This document shows positions 39,931 through 49,979 of a stretch of DNA of 64,000 bases, one piece after another. This DNA is from Leptospira sp. (lineage in GTDB: Bacteria; Spirochaetota; Leptospiria; Leptospirales; Leptospiraceae), in the NCBI GenBank assembly GCA_034439575.1, contig JAWXAQ010000002.1:128001-192000 (forward strand). The letters run 5' to 3'. Within the stretch, counting starts at the first letter, position 1, and each line of letters begins with the position of its first letter. Under the pieces are notes generated by a model. It was not told where the DNA came from. It did not search any database and saw only the letters and a program-made list of their open reading frames with translations. Made by a program: the position numbers and the translations under genes.

Positions 39931-41523
39931 ATGCCAGTATCTGCTAATTTGCGCGGCCTTGCCGAATTAGGCTTAAAGCCTTCCGAAGTCTTCCATAACC
40001 TATCTTACGACGAAATTTACCAGCACGAAATGAACAATAAAGAAGGCGTTGTTTCGGACAACGGAACGATGATGGTTGACACTGGAATTTTTACTGGTCG
40101 CTCTCCTAAAGACAAATACTTCGTGGATGAACCTTCTTCTACAGGTAACATTTGGTGGGGACCTGTCAATGCAAAAGTCACGGAAGCAGTTTTCAACGAA
40201 CTTTATGCTGAAGTAGTGAAGTTTTTAGATAACAAAAAAGTTTATGTGTTCGATGGACATGCTGGAACAAACAACGATACGCGCATTTCTCTGCGAGTTG
40301 TAACAGAAAGAGCATGGCAACATCATTTTTGCACAAATATGTTCCTTCGGCCTACCAAGGAAGAACTCGAAAAACTTATGCCAGAGTTTACTATCATTAA
40401 TGCTTCTGGTTACAAAAACGCAAAATATAAAGAGCATGGTTTGAATTCGGAAGTATTTGTTATTTTCCACCTTGCGAAAAAAATCTGTATCATCGGCGGA
40501 ACAGAATACGGCGGAGAGATGAAAAAAGGAATCTTCTCTGTAATGAATTATTATTTACCTTTGAAAAATGTTTTAACAATGCATTGTTCAGCTAACGTAG
40601 GTGCCAAAGGTGACTCAGCTCTTTTCTTTGGTCTTTCTGGCACAGGAAAAACAACTCTTTCTACAGACCCGAATCGTCGTCTCATTGGTGATGATGAACA
40701 TGGTTGGGACGATAATGGAATTTTCAATATTGAAGGTGGTTGTTATGCGAAGACCATCAACCTTGATCCAAAAACTGAACCAGAAATTTACGCAGCGATC
40801 AAAAGAGATGCACTTCTTGAAAACGTAGTTTTTGATGCGACTACTAAGAAAGTGGATTATAGTTCTGCGGCAAAAACTGAAAACACTCGTGTTTCCTATC
40901 CTATTTACCATATCGACAACATCCAACCAGATTCAAAGGCTGGACACCCAAATGTCGTTATCTTTTTAACTTATGACGCCTATGGTGTGTTACCTGCTGT
41001 TTCAAAACTTTCTATCGAACAAGCAATGTATCACTTCCTTTCTGGTTATACGGCAAAAGTTGCAGGAACTGAGCGTGGTGTGAAAGAACCACAAGCTACT
41101 TTTTCTGCGTGTTTTGGTCAGGCGTTTATGACGCTTCATCCGACTTATTATGCGAAGTTACTTGGTGAAAAGATGAACAAACACAAAGTTCATGCTTATC
41201 TCATCAATACAGGTTTAGTTGGCGGAAAATACGGAGTGGGAAAAAGAATGAACCTTCCTGCCACTCGCCAAATCATAAATGAAATTCTAAACGGTAACAT
41301 TGAAAAGTCGGAATTTGAAAAACACCCTGTTTTCCAAGTCTCTTTCCCAAAAACTATCACGGGTGTAGATGCACATATCCTCAACCCTCGAAATGCTTGG
41401 GAAGACAAAGCAGATTATGACAAAACAGCAGCTGACTTAGCAAAACAATTCGTTGAGAATTACAAAAAATACCTTACTGGTTCCAAAGAATTTGACTTCA
41501 GTGCTCACGGTCCTGTCGCCTAA
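39931..41523 (+). CDS. pckA: Phosphoenolpyruvate carboxykinase (ATP)
   Basis: [42 protein letters not shown]. Confidence 0.98.
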   Translation: MPVSANLRGLAELGLKPSEVFHNLSYDEIYQHEMNNKEGVVSDNGTMMVDTGIFTGRSPKDKYFVDEPSSTGNIWWGPVNAKVTEAVFNELYAEVVKFLDNKKVYVFDGHAGTNNDTRISLRVVTERAWQHHFCTNMFLRPTKEELEKLMPEFTIINASGYKNAKYKEHGLNSEVFVIFHLAKKICIIGGTEYGGEMKKGIFSVMNYYLPLKNVLTMHCSANVGAKGDSALFFGLSGTGKTTLSTDPNRRLIGDDEHGWDDNGIFNIEGGCYAKTINLDPKTEPEIYAAIKRDALLENVVFDATTKKVDYSSAAKTENTRVSYPIYHIDNIQPDSKAGHPNVVIFLTYDAYGVLPAVSKLSIEQAMYHFLSGYTAKVAGTERGVKEPQATFSACFGQAFMTLHPTYYAKLLGEKMNKHKVHAYLINTGLVGGKYGVGKRMNLPATRQIINEILNGNIEKSEFEKHPVFQVSFPKTITGVDAHILNPRNAWEDKADYDKTAADLAKQFVENYKKYLTGSKEFDFSAHGPVA

Positions 41524-41565
41524 GTAAAATTAGCTCCCAATCAAATTTGTTTGTTGCTAATCACG

Positions 41566-41597
41566 AACCGTCTATCTTAGGGTAGGCGGTTTTTTTA
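41566..41597 (+). terminator. Rho-independent terminator of pckA
   Basis: AACCGTCTATC-TTAG-GGTAGGCGGTT followed by T run. Confidence 0.85.
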
Positions 41598-41647
41598 TGC
41601 CTCAAGAGGAACGGAATCGTTATTTGAATGGAATTATTTTAAACCAT

Positions 41648-41785
41648 TTGTGCGTTCCCGATTGGTAAAATTTTCCACATTAAAATTGATACGGGCCGGA
41701 CTACTTCGGGGTGCGCTTCGCTTCCGTCCAGCGACTTGGTTTGTGAGTTTCGGCTGGACCTTTCGCCCTGCGTATTCCTAACGCG
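41648..41785 (+). ncRNA. Structured intergenic element, divergent Flavo-1-like
   Basis: GC-rich island: GCGTTCCCG...CGGGCCGGACT, GTCCAGC...GCTGGAC stem, ends ATTCCTAACGC. Same layout as 44801-44910. Confidence 0.5.
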
Positions 41786-41931
41786 AGATGACTAGAAAGT
41801 TCTGAGTTAAATTTAAGGATACAATTGTAATTAAATTAGTTTTTTTACAGTACGTTATAGGTCATAAATCGAATAAGTTTTTAAAAAAATACCAATCTTC
41901 ATTTTTTTCGAACCTCCTTTTTGAGGTCTTC

Positions 41932-42366
41932 ATGAGCGAAATTATAGATATTCTATCAGCAATAAATATCCCGATTCAGGATGCGATTTTATTAGAGAAG
42001 GCATTGGATAAAAAATATGTTGCCTTACATGGTTTTCCTCCCATAGAATGGGACAAGGCCATCATGATTCCTATGCAAATAGAACAAATCAAGTCTAGCG
42101 AACGTATTGAATCCCTTCGAGTCCAAATGGATTCACGATTTCGCGAAGTAGAAAACCGCCTTGATACCATGAATGAAAAAATGGATTCAAGATTTCGCGA
42201 GGTAGAAAATCGTCTTGATACCATGAATGAAAAAATGGACGCCAGGTTTTCTGCCTACGATTTAAAATTTGCAGCCATAGATGATAAGTTTCGCATTCTT
42301 ATGTGGATGAATGGAATTTTAATGGCGATGGCGTTTGCTATTTTTAGTAAGACCTTTTTGACATAG
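41932..42366 (+). CDS. Coiled-coil repeat protein with C-terminal TM anchor (DUF1640/Bdr-like architecture)
   Basis: 18-aa repeat MDSRFREVENRLDTMNEK x2, hydrophobic C-term helix, GAGG RBS. Confidence 0.7.
   Translation: MSEIIDILSAINIPIQDAILLEKALDKKYVALHGFPPIEWDKAIMIPMQIEQIKSSERIESLRVQMDSRFREVENRLDTMNEKMDSRFREVENRLDTMNEKMDARFSAYDLKFAAIDDKFRILMWMNGILMAMAFAIFSKTFLT
42127..42240 (+). repeat. 54-bp in-frame tandem repeat (2 copies plus start of third)
   Basis: Units begin at 42127 and 42181 (ATGGATTC...GATACCATGAATGAAAAA); differences are synonymous. Confidence 0.95.
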
Positions 42367-42397
42367 TGAATATTTTTTCGATATATGCGAAGAGCTA

Positions 42398-42435
42398 ACC
42401 TACTTTAGCTGAGAATAAATACGCTAAGAGTAGGT
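42398..42435. terminator. Imperfect inverted repeat between convergent genes
   Basis: ACCTACTTTAGC ... GCTAAGAGTAGGT. Confidence 0.4.
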
Positions 42436-42467
42436 AGATTTGTAAAAAATGATCATATCACTTCTTA

Positions 42468-43013
42468 TTATTTTTCCATAAGTGTTTTTAAATTAATTAA
42501 ACTTTCTTCCATATTTTTCTCGATAGACTTTTGGTTTCCGAGACAGACATTTACTATAAAACTAACGACTGTCATGGGAAACGTCATTGAATTGTCGTTC
42601 ATTCCCAAAATAACATTTGTTTGTTTTTCATTTAAGGAATTTGTGGTTACATAAGATCTGAATTTACCTTCGAATGGTTTTTTAAAACGTATCTCTGTAT
42701 CTAACAATTGTCCATCGACAATTTTTATAATTTCTTGCTCTGCCGTTCCAACTTCATCATTATTACTTTCCCATGCAGAAATAAATCCCACAGTTCCATC
42801 ATTGCCCTTATACATTTTTTTCATTGATGGATCAATTTTTGACCATGCATCCCACTGTTCATGATTCTTTAAAAATTTTAAGTGAGCGAAGATTTCTGAA
42901 TTCGGTTTGTTAATTATAATTTCTTTTTCTATTTTGAATTCTTTTGGTGCCATCAACGTTAAAATCCCAATTAAAACCAATAGACTTGTCATGATTCCTA
43001 AAAATATTTTCAT
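42468..43013 (-). CDS. SRPBCC-family (polyketide cyclase/START-like) protein
   Basis: IEKEIIINKP, WDAWSKIDP, GTVGFISAWES, GTAEQEI. Confidence 0.88.
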   Translation of the reverse strand: MKIFLGIMTSLLVLIGILTLMAPKEFKIEKEIIINKPNSEIFAHLKFLKNHEQWDAWSKIDPSMKKMYKGNDGTVGFISAWESNNDEVGTAEQEIIKIVDGQLLDTEIRFKKPFEGKFRSYVTTNSLNEKQTNVILGMNDNSMTFPMTVVSFIVNVCLGNQKSIEKNMEESLINLKTLMEK

Positions 43014-43143
43014 AATTTTTACTCCTTGTTAAATTATAGAATTAATATAATTGAACATTGAAAATTCAATGAAAATTTGTTCTATTATCATTTTCATATA
43101 AATGCAGTGATATATAGCTTAACAAATAGACATTGATCAATGT

Positions 43144-44730
43144 TCAATAACTTCCGCCACTTCCTCCCCCACCTGAAGAACCACCACCGAAACTTCCACC
43201 GCCACCGCCGCCACCACTAGAAGATCCACTACCGGAACTACTTCTTTGTTTTTTCGGTATTTTGAGAGTTTCTGTTTCTTTATGTTTGCAATGTTCGCAA
43301 ACACGATCCACTTTCACTTGCCCCGCCGAACTATAAGTAGCTGCACTGAGTATCTTACTCGATTTACAAACAAAAGTTTCAAATTTACATTCTGGGCAAT
43401 GGACAACCTTTTTGAAGGAAACTCCTTTCGATATATAAGTTGGATCCAAATTTTTAAAAGGAATGATTTGATTGGCATTACAATTTTCACAAACCCAAAC
43501 ATCATAATCTTTAGATTTAACAATTTCTTCCGCAATTTGACCTTTCGATAAATGTTTATCATCGTTTTCTTCGTTTAGGCGGATCATAACCGAATTGCAT
43601 TCGTTACATTTTCTAGGTATTTTTCGTATTAATGTTAATTGCTGTATCAATCGTTCGACTCGTTTTCCCCCAAAAAAGATAGTATGAAGGATGTAAGATG
43701 CAAAAATGATAAAAATACTTCCAGGTATAGCATCATCGTCAAAAAGATGATTTATAAGTAATACAATCAGAAATATTGGAAAGAATACCGTGCTGTAATA
43801 TAAGGGAAAATCAGTAATTCGTAACCAATGGTATTTGAAAGTTGGCGAAGGGATTATCCATCCAAGAAATTTTTGTAAAACAAATAATCCAATTAAAAAT
43901 GTAATATATCCAATGATTAAATTAATTTTGATTTGTTGGGATTTTTCCTTTAATTTTCTCTCTATTTCTTCATTTCTTTCGGTTAATAATTTATTTTCAT
44001 CATCTGTTAAAAAATAATTTGGTGTTATGTTGTAAGTATCAATTATTTTAGAAAATATTTTTACTTCTTCGTCTGTTAGTTGTGAATACGATTTACCTTG
44101 GAAATCATACTCATCAGTTCTTTTAAATATTTCTGGATTTTGTGCTTCGCTTTGGTTCTGTTCGTCGGAAGGAGCATTGACTAATTCAGATATATCTTTG
44201 CTCGGATTTTCTAATTTTGCGATGATAGCGAGTACAGTTTCTAAATGTCCCTTTGAAAAATTATCCTCTTTGAAAGAAGGAATTGTATATGTATCAATGA
44301 TTCGTTTTACTACGACATCGGGTAGATCACCTTCTAATCCATATCCAATTTCTATTTCTACTCGTCTTTGATCCATAACATGAAGAATTAAAATTCCATT
44401 ATCTTTTCCTTTTTTACCTATCCCCCAATGATTGAAAAGAGCGACAACAAAATCTTTTGGCACATAACTTTGAATTGATGGAAGTGTAACAATTGCAATT
44501 TCTACACCGGTTTTAGCTTCAAAATTATTTATAATTATATCTATCTCGGATGCATTTTGAAGGATATTGGCAGAATCTTGAATCCAGCTATTATTTGTTA
44601 TGCGTGGATTCGGAATTTCGGAAATTAATGTATCTATTCCTTTTTCAGTATCTGAGCAGGAAGAAACTAAGAACATTAACAATAGTATAGAATTAAGAAT
44701 TAAATATTTTTTTATAAAGATTCGTTTCAA
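43144..44730 (-). CDS. TPM-domain (YgcG-like) membrane protein with Zn-ribbon region
   Basis: LFNHWGIGKKGKDNGILIL, EIGYGLEGDLPD, TM helices, four CxxC pairs, GGSFGGGSSGGGGSGGSY tail. Confidence 0.88.
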   Translation of the reverse strand: MKRIFIKKYLILNSILLLMFLVSSCSDTEKGIDTLISEIPNPRITNNSWIQDSANILQNASEIDIIINNFEAKTGVEIAIVTLPSIQSYVPKDFVVALFNHWGIGKKGKDNGILILHVMDQRRVEIEIGYGLEGDLPDVVVKRIIDTYTIPSFKEDNFSKGHLETVLAIIAKLENPSKDISELVNAPSDEQNQSEAQNPEIFKRTDEYDFQGKSYSQLTDEEVKIFSKIIDTYNITPNYFLTDDENKLLTERNEEIERKLKEKSQQIKINLIIGYITFLIGLFVLQKFLGWIIPSPTFKYHWLRITDFPLYYSTVFFPIFLIVLLINHLFDDDAIPGSIFIIFASYILHTIFFGGKRVERLIQQLTLIRKIPRKCNECNSVMIRLNEENDDKHLSKGQIAEEIVKSKDYDVWVCENCNANQIIPFKNLDPTYISKGVSFKKVVHCPECKFETFVCKSSKILSAATYSSAGQVKVDRVCEHCKHKETETLKIPKKQRSSSGSGSSSGGGGGGGSFGGGSSGGGGSGGSY

Positions 44731-44800
44731 TTTTTCCCGCCAATATTTATTATATTAAGAAATCTTTATAGTATATAAAAACATGGAGTCAATTGAATTC

Positions 44801-44910
44801 TTGGGGGTTTCCCCGCCACTGATCCGAATGTTTTGGCGGGGTCGTGCTTTCCGTTACAATCTTTTTGGCCCCAATTGCCCAAAAAGGATTTCCAACCAAT
44901 CCCTAACCCA
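44801..44910 (+). ncRNA. Flavo-1-like RNA motif / intergenic structured repeat
   Basis: CCCCGCCA...TGGCGGGG stem, GTCGTGCTTTCCGTTACAATC, CTTTTTGG...CCAAAAAG stem, ends AATCCCTAACCC. Resembles the Flavo-1 consensus as I recall it. Confidence 0.65.
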
Positions 44911-44922
44911 TATAAATTACCT

Positions 44923-46233
44923 GTGAACCAAACTGAATCAAAACTTCACCGTACGCTTGGTCCTATCCACTTATGGGGCATCGCTGTGGGACTTGTCATT
45001 TCTGGCGATTATTTTGGTTGGAACTTTGGATGGTCGGTGGCTAGGTTTTGGGAATTTGCTATAGCTGTTGGCATTATCGCCATATTTTATATTTGTTTCG
45101 CCTTGTGTTTTACTGAACTTGCCTCGAGCATTCCGCACGCAAGTGGCCCTTCGGCTTATGCAGACGCAGCCCTCGGACGGTGGGGCGGATTTATTTCAGG
45201 TTATTTTGTTCTTTGTGAATTTGCCTTGGCTCCGCCTGCCATCGCATCCGCATTAGGTGGCTATTTCCATTTTCTAATTCCTATCATTCCAGTTTTTTGG
45301 GCTTCCTTTGGATTTTTTATCCTCTTGGTCCTAGTAAATTTGTTTGGTGTTAAACAAACAGCAAGGTTTGAATTATTTGTCACTGTTGTTGCTGTCATTG
45401 GTTTATTGATTTATTTAGGTGCCTTATTACCATACTTTTCATTTTCAAAATTTCCGAAATGGTTAGGTTTCGACTCATTATCCTTAAGTGAACTTTTTGA
45501 ATCCATTCCTTTCGCGATTTGGTTCTTTTTGGCTGTGGAAGGTGTTGCCATGGCGGCAGAAGAGGTTAAAAATCCCAAACGTGATATTCCACTTGGATAT
45601 GCATTGGGAATCGGGACTTTGATTTTTCTCGCCTGTTCTGTGTTTGTTGTGACAGCTGGCGTGGTTCCGACGATAGAAATTTCAGAACTTGAGTATCCAC
45701 TATCTTATGTGTTAACAAAATATTATGGTAGCGAATCTATTATCACAAAGATTTTCACCTTTATCGGGTTATTCGGACTAATTGCTTCATTATTTGGAAT
45801 CTTACTCGGTTATTCACGCTTGGTATATGCATTGTCAGTAACAAATTTTCTTCCCAGGTTTTTATCACAGATTGAAAGGAAACGACTCGTACCAAGAAAC
45901 GCTGTTCTCTCAGGGGGAGTGATCGGAATTATATGTTTACTTATCGGAAATACGGCAGAGCTCATTACTGCAAGTGCATTAGGGGCATGCGGTATGTATT
46001 TGATTAGTATGGTTTCCTATTTTATTTTGAAAAAGAATGAACCCCATAGGGATCGTCCGTACAAAGCCCCGTTCTATCCTGTGTTACCTGGCATTGCACT
46101 AATATTGGGTTTGGTGGCATTTTTTGCTGTTGCCTATAGCAACCCTTTTGTGGCAAGTCTCGTCGGCGGTGGCTTTCTTGCATCTGTTATATTGTACTCT
46201 TTCACTTACCACTATCGCAAAAATATTCCGTGA
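44923..46233 (+). CDS. eat: Ethanolamine permease (APC family amino-acid permease)
   Basis: LWGIAVGLVISGDYFGWNFGW, PFAIWFFLAVEGVAMAAEE. Start reassigned to GTG 44923, because the longer ORF runs through the structured RNA. Confidence 0.82.
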   Translation: MNQTESKLHRTLGPIHLWGIAVGLVISGDYFGWNFGWSVARFWEFAIAVGIIAIFYICFALCFTELASSIPHASGPSAYADAALGRWGGFISGYFVLCEFALAPPAIASALGGYFHFLIPIIPVFWASFGFFILLVLVNLFGVKQTARFELFVTVVAVIGLLIYLGALLPYFSFSKFPKWLGFDSLSLSELFESIPFAIWFFLAVEGVAMAAEEVKNPKRDIPLGYALGIGTLIFLACSVFVVTAGVVPTIEISELEYPLSYVLTKYYGSESIITKIFTFIGLFGLIASLFGILLGYSRLVYALSVTNFLPRFLSQIERKRLVPRNAVLSGGVIGIICLLIGNTAELITASALGACGMYLISMVSYFILKKNEPHRDRPYKAPFYPVLPGIALILGLVAFFAVAYSNPFVASLVGGGFLASVILYSFTYHYRKNIP

Positions 46234-46305
46234 ATTGAAATATTTCTTTACGGATAGTTATACTCCTAACAAAAATTAGCATAGATTCTCGTTATATGTG
46301 GAAAT

Positions 46306-49300
46306 ATGAATATGCTAATAAAATTACCGGCGTTTACTTATTTGTTATTATTGATTGGATTTTCTTTCCTCCAATGTAAAGAAAAAACCCCCTCGGCTAA
46401 TTCATCTTTTGTGGCAGTTCTACTTGCCATTGGTGGGGCCACTACCAGTGAAACGTCTGATACATCTAACGGAGAGAGTACGACGGCTACGGTTACTGCA
46501 TCTGGAGGGACCGTTTCCTCTTCGGATGGATCCATTAATCTGCAAATTCCTGCGGGGGCGCTGACTGATACTCGGCAAATCACAATCAGTACAAATTCAG
46601 CTCCTATAGGGAATGTCCCCGAAGGATATGAAATCGTCACAAAAATTTTAAAGTTCGAACCCTCAGGACTTGTCTTTCAAAAACCAGTTACTTTAACTTT
46701 AAATTATGATCAAAAAGATATGGAAGAAGGAGGAATCGAAGAACGGACAGTTCGATTTTTCTATATAAAGAATGACTCAACTTTAGAATCCATGCAGAGA
46801 AATTCTATAGATTTAGCAAATAACAAATTTGTAAGCGAGATCACTCATTTTTCTTTTGGTGCAGGGATTCGTACTCGTATTAAATCTGTTAGTTTAGGAA
46901 TCATAACTTCACCGACTCCTGTAAACAACGTTTCTAACCAATTGATCTCAGATTTAAACAATTTTTCAAATTACGGTTATGGAAGTGTGAGCCAATTCTT
47001 TCAGGCAAACCATTCCACTTTCATTGCATTATTAACTCAAGTAGTTGCTATCCTAGGATATGATCCAATTAGTACTGCGTTTCCGAATGAAGATTTTGAT
47101 GGAGATGGAAATGTCAATTCTGAAGATCCGATCATTCCATCTACTGGCCCACAACTATCGATCGTTTCGACTGGTTCATTGCTTATCAGCCAAAATGCAA
47201 ATGCGATTAACAATAGTCAGTTTATTTGGCAATCAAACAAAGCTGGCACTTATACAATTCGTTCTGGCGGTACAAATTGCACGACAGGAACTTCTGTGGC
47301 TACGGGTTCAACCCACATTGGCAATCAAATAACATTTGGACCATTTTCAGCAACGTCACTAAATCTCGGGACAAATACATTTCGCATCTGTGTAATAAGT
47401 TCAAATATCACGGGTTCAGCTCTACTCACTTTTACTCGTGATGATTCCCTTCCGACGGCGAGTATCAATCCATCGGCCGGGAGTTATGGAACCATCCAAA
47501 ATGTATCACTAGAATGCGGTGATACTGGCGGAGCTGGTTGTTCCAAAATAGCCTACACCATTGACGGATCAAATCCCTCCTTTAGCAATGCATGTAATAT
47601 CGGCATCGGCACTTTGTATTCAACGCCAGTCCAAACACCAGATTCTAGTATAACGACGATTAAATATCGATCCTGTGATTTGGCTGGAAATGTTTCTTCC
47701 GTTTATTCGCAATCGTATACTATAGATTCAATTCTCCCAACGATTACGATCAATTCTGTAACGCCTGGTACGGTGATCAAAGGTTCGATTTCTCCACAAT
47801 TCAATTGGGTTTCCAATAGGGATGGGAATTATACAATCAAAATTGGTACAAATTGTACCACTGGCACACAAGCTCTAGGTACAAATGTGAGTGGCACAGC
47901 AAATTCCGGTTCTGCGATCACTAGCTCTCTTTCTACTGGTTCACAATTAAGCGATGGTTCAAAAAAAATCAATATTTGCGTCACCAATTTGGTCGGTGCT
48001 TATGGTGAGTCGTCGACTACATTAACAGTTGATAGTGTGAATCCAAGTGTATCTGTCTCTCCCGTTTCAGGAATGTATGGTACCCAGCAAACGATTACCG
48101 CGACTTGTTCCGATGCACTTTCTGGTTGCCAGAAGGTAGTTTATACGACAGATGGATCTGATCCTAATGTGGACGATACAGGTACTATAACAAACGGAAC
48201 TCTGTATTCGGGGAGTCTTGCGGCACTCAATTTAGCGTCTGTTACATATAAGTTTTTGGCCCGTGATTTGGCTGGAAATACTTCTTCCATCACAAGTGTC
48301 ACTTATACTCAGCCAGACACGACACCGCCGACAGTTTCAATACAGAATGTTCGTAACAAAGGTCGGATAGAAACAGGTTTTTTGTTAGGTGGATCATCGG
48401 ATAACGAAGCAGTATCTAAAGTCGAAGTTTCATTAGATGGAGGTACCTATGCACTGGCAACAGGAACTACTTCTTGGAAATATAAATTACCTACTGGATC
48501 AAATACTTGGAGGGATGATTCCACACATACCATCAGTGTTAGAAGTGAGGATAGTTCTGGGAATGTTTCTTTGGTCACAAATATTTCCGTCCGCAAAGGA
48601 TTAAATAAAGACATCAATGGCGATGGATATTGTGATTTGGTGATTCAGGGTTATACTACTGAAGCAGGTCGGTTATTTATTTTTCATTCGAGTGGAACAA
48701 ATGGAATCACACAAACAGGCGCATCGGCGGCAAATAATATTATCTCAGGACTAGCTCCTGGAAACGGTTTATCCTTTGGCTTCTATATGAGTATTGGCGA
48801 CTTAAATGGCGATGGATATGCAGATATTGTGTCAGGTGAAAGTAATTATGCATCCAATTCTGGAAGACTTTATATTTTTTATTCTACAGGGACAAATGGG
48901 ATTACTGTTAGTTCCGCCACATCAGCCGATGCCATCATCGAAGGGGAAACGGGAAGTGAATTTGGTTTAATTCCGGCCATAGGTGATTTGAATGGGGATG
49001 GTTATGGGGATATCGTGACTGGGGCTCAGAGATATAATTCGAATTCTGGCCGAGTGTATATTTTTTATTCACCGGGAAGTGGAAATTTCTCTAATATCAA
49101 TGCAACTGCCGCCTCGCAGATTATAGACGCTAATAGCACAAATAATACCCTTGGCGCAAGCGTCGCTACGGGTGATATTAATGGAGATGGATATTCCGAT
49201 TTAGTCGTCGGGGCTCCATCCTTTTCGAGTGCTTCCGGGAGAATTTATGGTTTTATTTCTTCGGGAAGTGGAGGGATAGCAACTAACACAGTAAATAGTG

Positions 49301-49911
49301 GTACATCCTTTGTTTTGGATGGAGAAATTGCCAATAACGCATTGGGTTTTTATGTGAATACTGGAGATATGAATGGCGATGGCTATATGGATGTGATTTC
49401 AGGATCGCCTACCTATGACAATAGCAAAGGACGAGCCTATGTCTTTCATTCCAATGGAAGTTCTGGAATTAACTCCCTCGGTGCGGCATCAGCTAACTCT
49501 ATAATTACAGGCGAAGTTAATAGCGGATTATTAGCGTATAGGAATAGCGTTGGGGATATCAATGGGGATGGTTATACTGATCTAATCACTGGAGCTTATA
49601 TAGTTAACAAGGGATATGCGTTTTTATCGGCTGGAAGTAGTGGGATCACTATTACCAGTGCCGCAAACGCCTCTACTCGATTAAATTGTGATACAAATAC
49701 AACTTTTGCGAATACGACAGGCGGTTTCGATTTGAATGGGGATGGATTTTATGATATGGTTGTGAGCGAGATTGGAGCCCCAAATGGAGGCGCTGTGCAA
49801 ATTTTTTATTCTTCTGGAGCTGGGGGAGTAACAGCCACAAATAAATCTGGAGCTTCGAGAACTATTTCTGGGGATAATCTAGGAAATGGTTTTGGAAGAG
49901 TCGCAAGGTAA
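46306..49911 (+). CDS. Large surface lipoprotein: ZU5 + duplicated Ig/chitobiase-C-like modules + 7 FG-GAP (integrin-alpha-like) repeats
   Basis: Lipobox-like SFLQC; ZU5 (GGTVSS...LQIPAGAL...FQKPVTL...THFS); YTIDGSNP/YTTDGSDP and DLAGN modules; seven DxNGDGxxD motifs. Confidence 0.85.
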   Translation: MNMLIKLPAFTYLLLLIGFSFLQCKEKTPSANSSFVAVLLAIGGATTSETSDTSNGESTTATVTASGGTVSSSDGSINLQIPAGALTDTRQITISTNSAPIGNVPEGYEIVTKILKFEPSGLVFQKPVTLTLNYDQKDMEEGGIEERTVRFFYIKNDSTLESMQRNSIDLANNKFVSEITHFSFGAGIRTRIKSVSLGIITSPTPVNNVSNQLISDLNNFSNYGYGSVSQFFQANHSTFIALLTQVVAILGYDPISTAFPNEDFDGDGNVNSEDPIIPSTGPQLSIVSTGSLLISQNANAINNSQFIWQSNKAGTYTIRSGGTNCTTGTSVATGSTHIGNQITFGPFSATSLNLGTNTFRICVISSNITGSALLTFTRDDSLPTASINPSAGSYGTIQNVSLECGDTGGAGCSKIAYTIDGSNPSFSNACNIGIGTLYSTPVQTPDSSITTIKYRSCDLAGNVSSVYSQSYTIDSILPTITINSVTPGTVIKGSISPQFNWVSNRDGNYTIKIGTNCTTGTQALGTNVSGTANSGSAITSSLSTGSQLSDGSKKINICVTNLVGAYGESSTTLTVDSVNPSVSVSPVSGMYGTQQTITATCSDALSGCQKVVYTTDGSDPNVDDTGTITNGTLYSGSLAALNLASVTYKFLARDLAGNTSSITSVTYTQPDTTPPTVSIQNVRNKGRIETGFLLGGSSDNEAVSKVEVSLDGGTYALATGTTSWKYKLPTGSNTWRDDSTHTISVRSEDSSGNVSLVTNISVRKGLNKDINGDGYCDLVIQGYTTEAGRLFIFHSSGTNGITQTGASAANNIISGLAPGNGLSFGFYMSIGDLNGDGYADIVSGESNYASNSGRLYIFYSTGTNGITVSSATSADAIIEGETGSEFGLIPAIGDLNGDGYGDIVTGAQRYNSNSGRVYIFYSPGSGNFSNINATAASQIIDANSTNNTLGASVATGDINGDGYSDLVVGAPSFSSASGRIYGFISSGSGGIATNTVNSGTSFVLDGEIANNALGFYVNTGDMNGDGYMDVISGSPTYDNSKGRAYVFHSNGSSGINSLGAASANSIITGEVNSGLLAYRNSVGDINGDGYTDLITGAYIVNKGYAFLSAGSSGITITSAANASTRLNCDTNTTFANTTGGFDLNGDGFYDMVVSEIGAPNGGAVQIFYSSGAGGVTATNKSGASRTISGDNLGNGFGRVAR

Positions 49912-49979
49912 GAAATAATTGTTGCTACACGACATGTAGATCTCCTTCAAATCAACTAATGACATTGGTGCTCAATTTG

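Noticed and set aside
42127-42240. Possible CRISPR array
   Set aside because: The repeats are contiguous with no spacers, in-frame within a CDS, and there are no cas genes.
44833-44922. N-terminal extension of the permease ORF
   Set aside because: It translates a structured RNA element; family similarity begins after GTG 44923.
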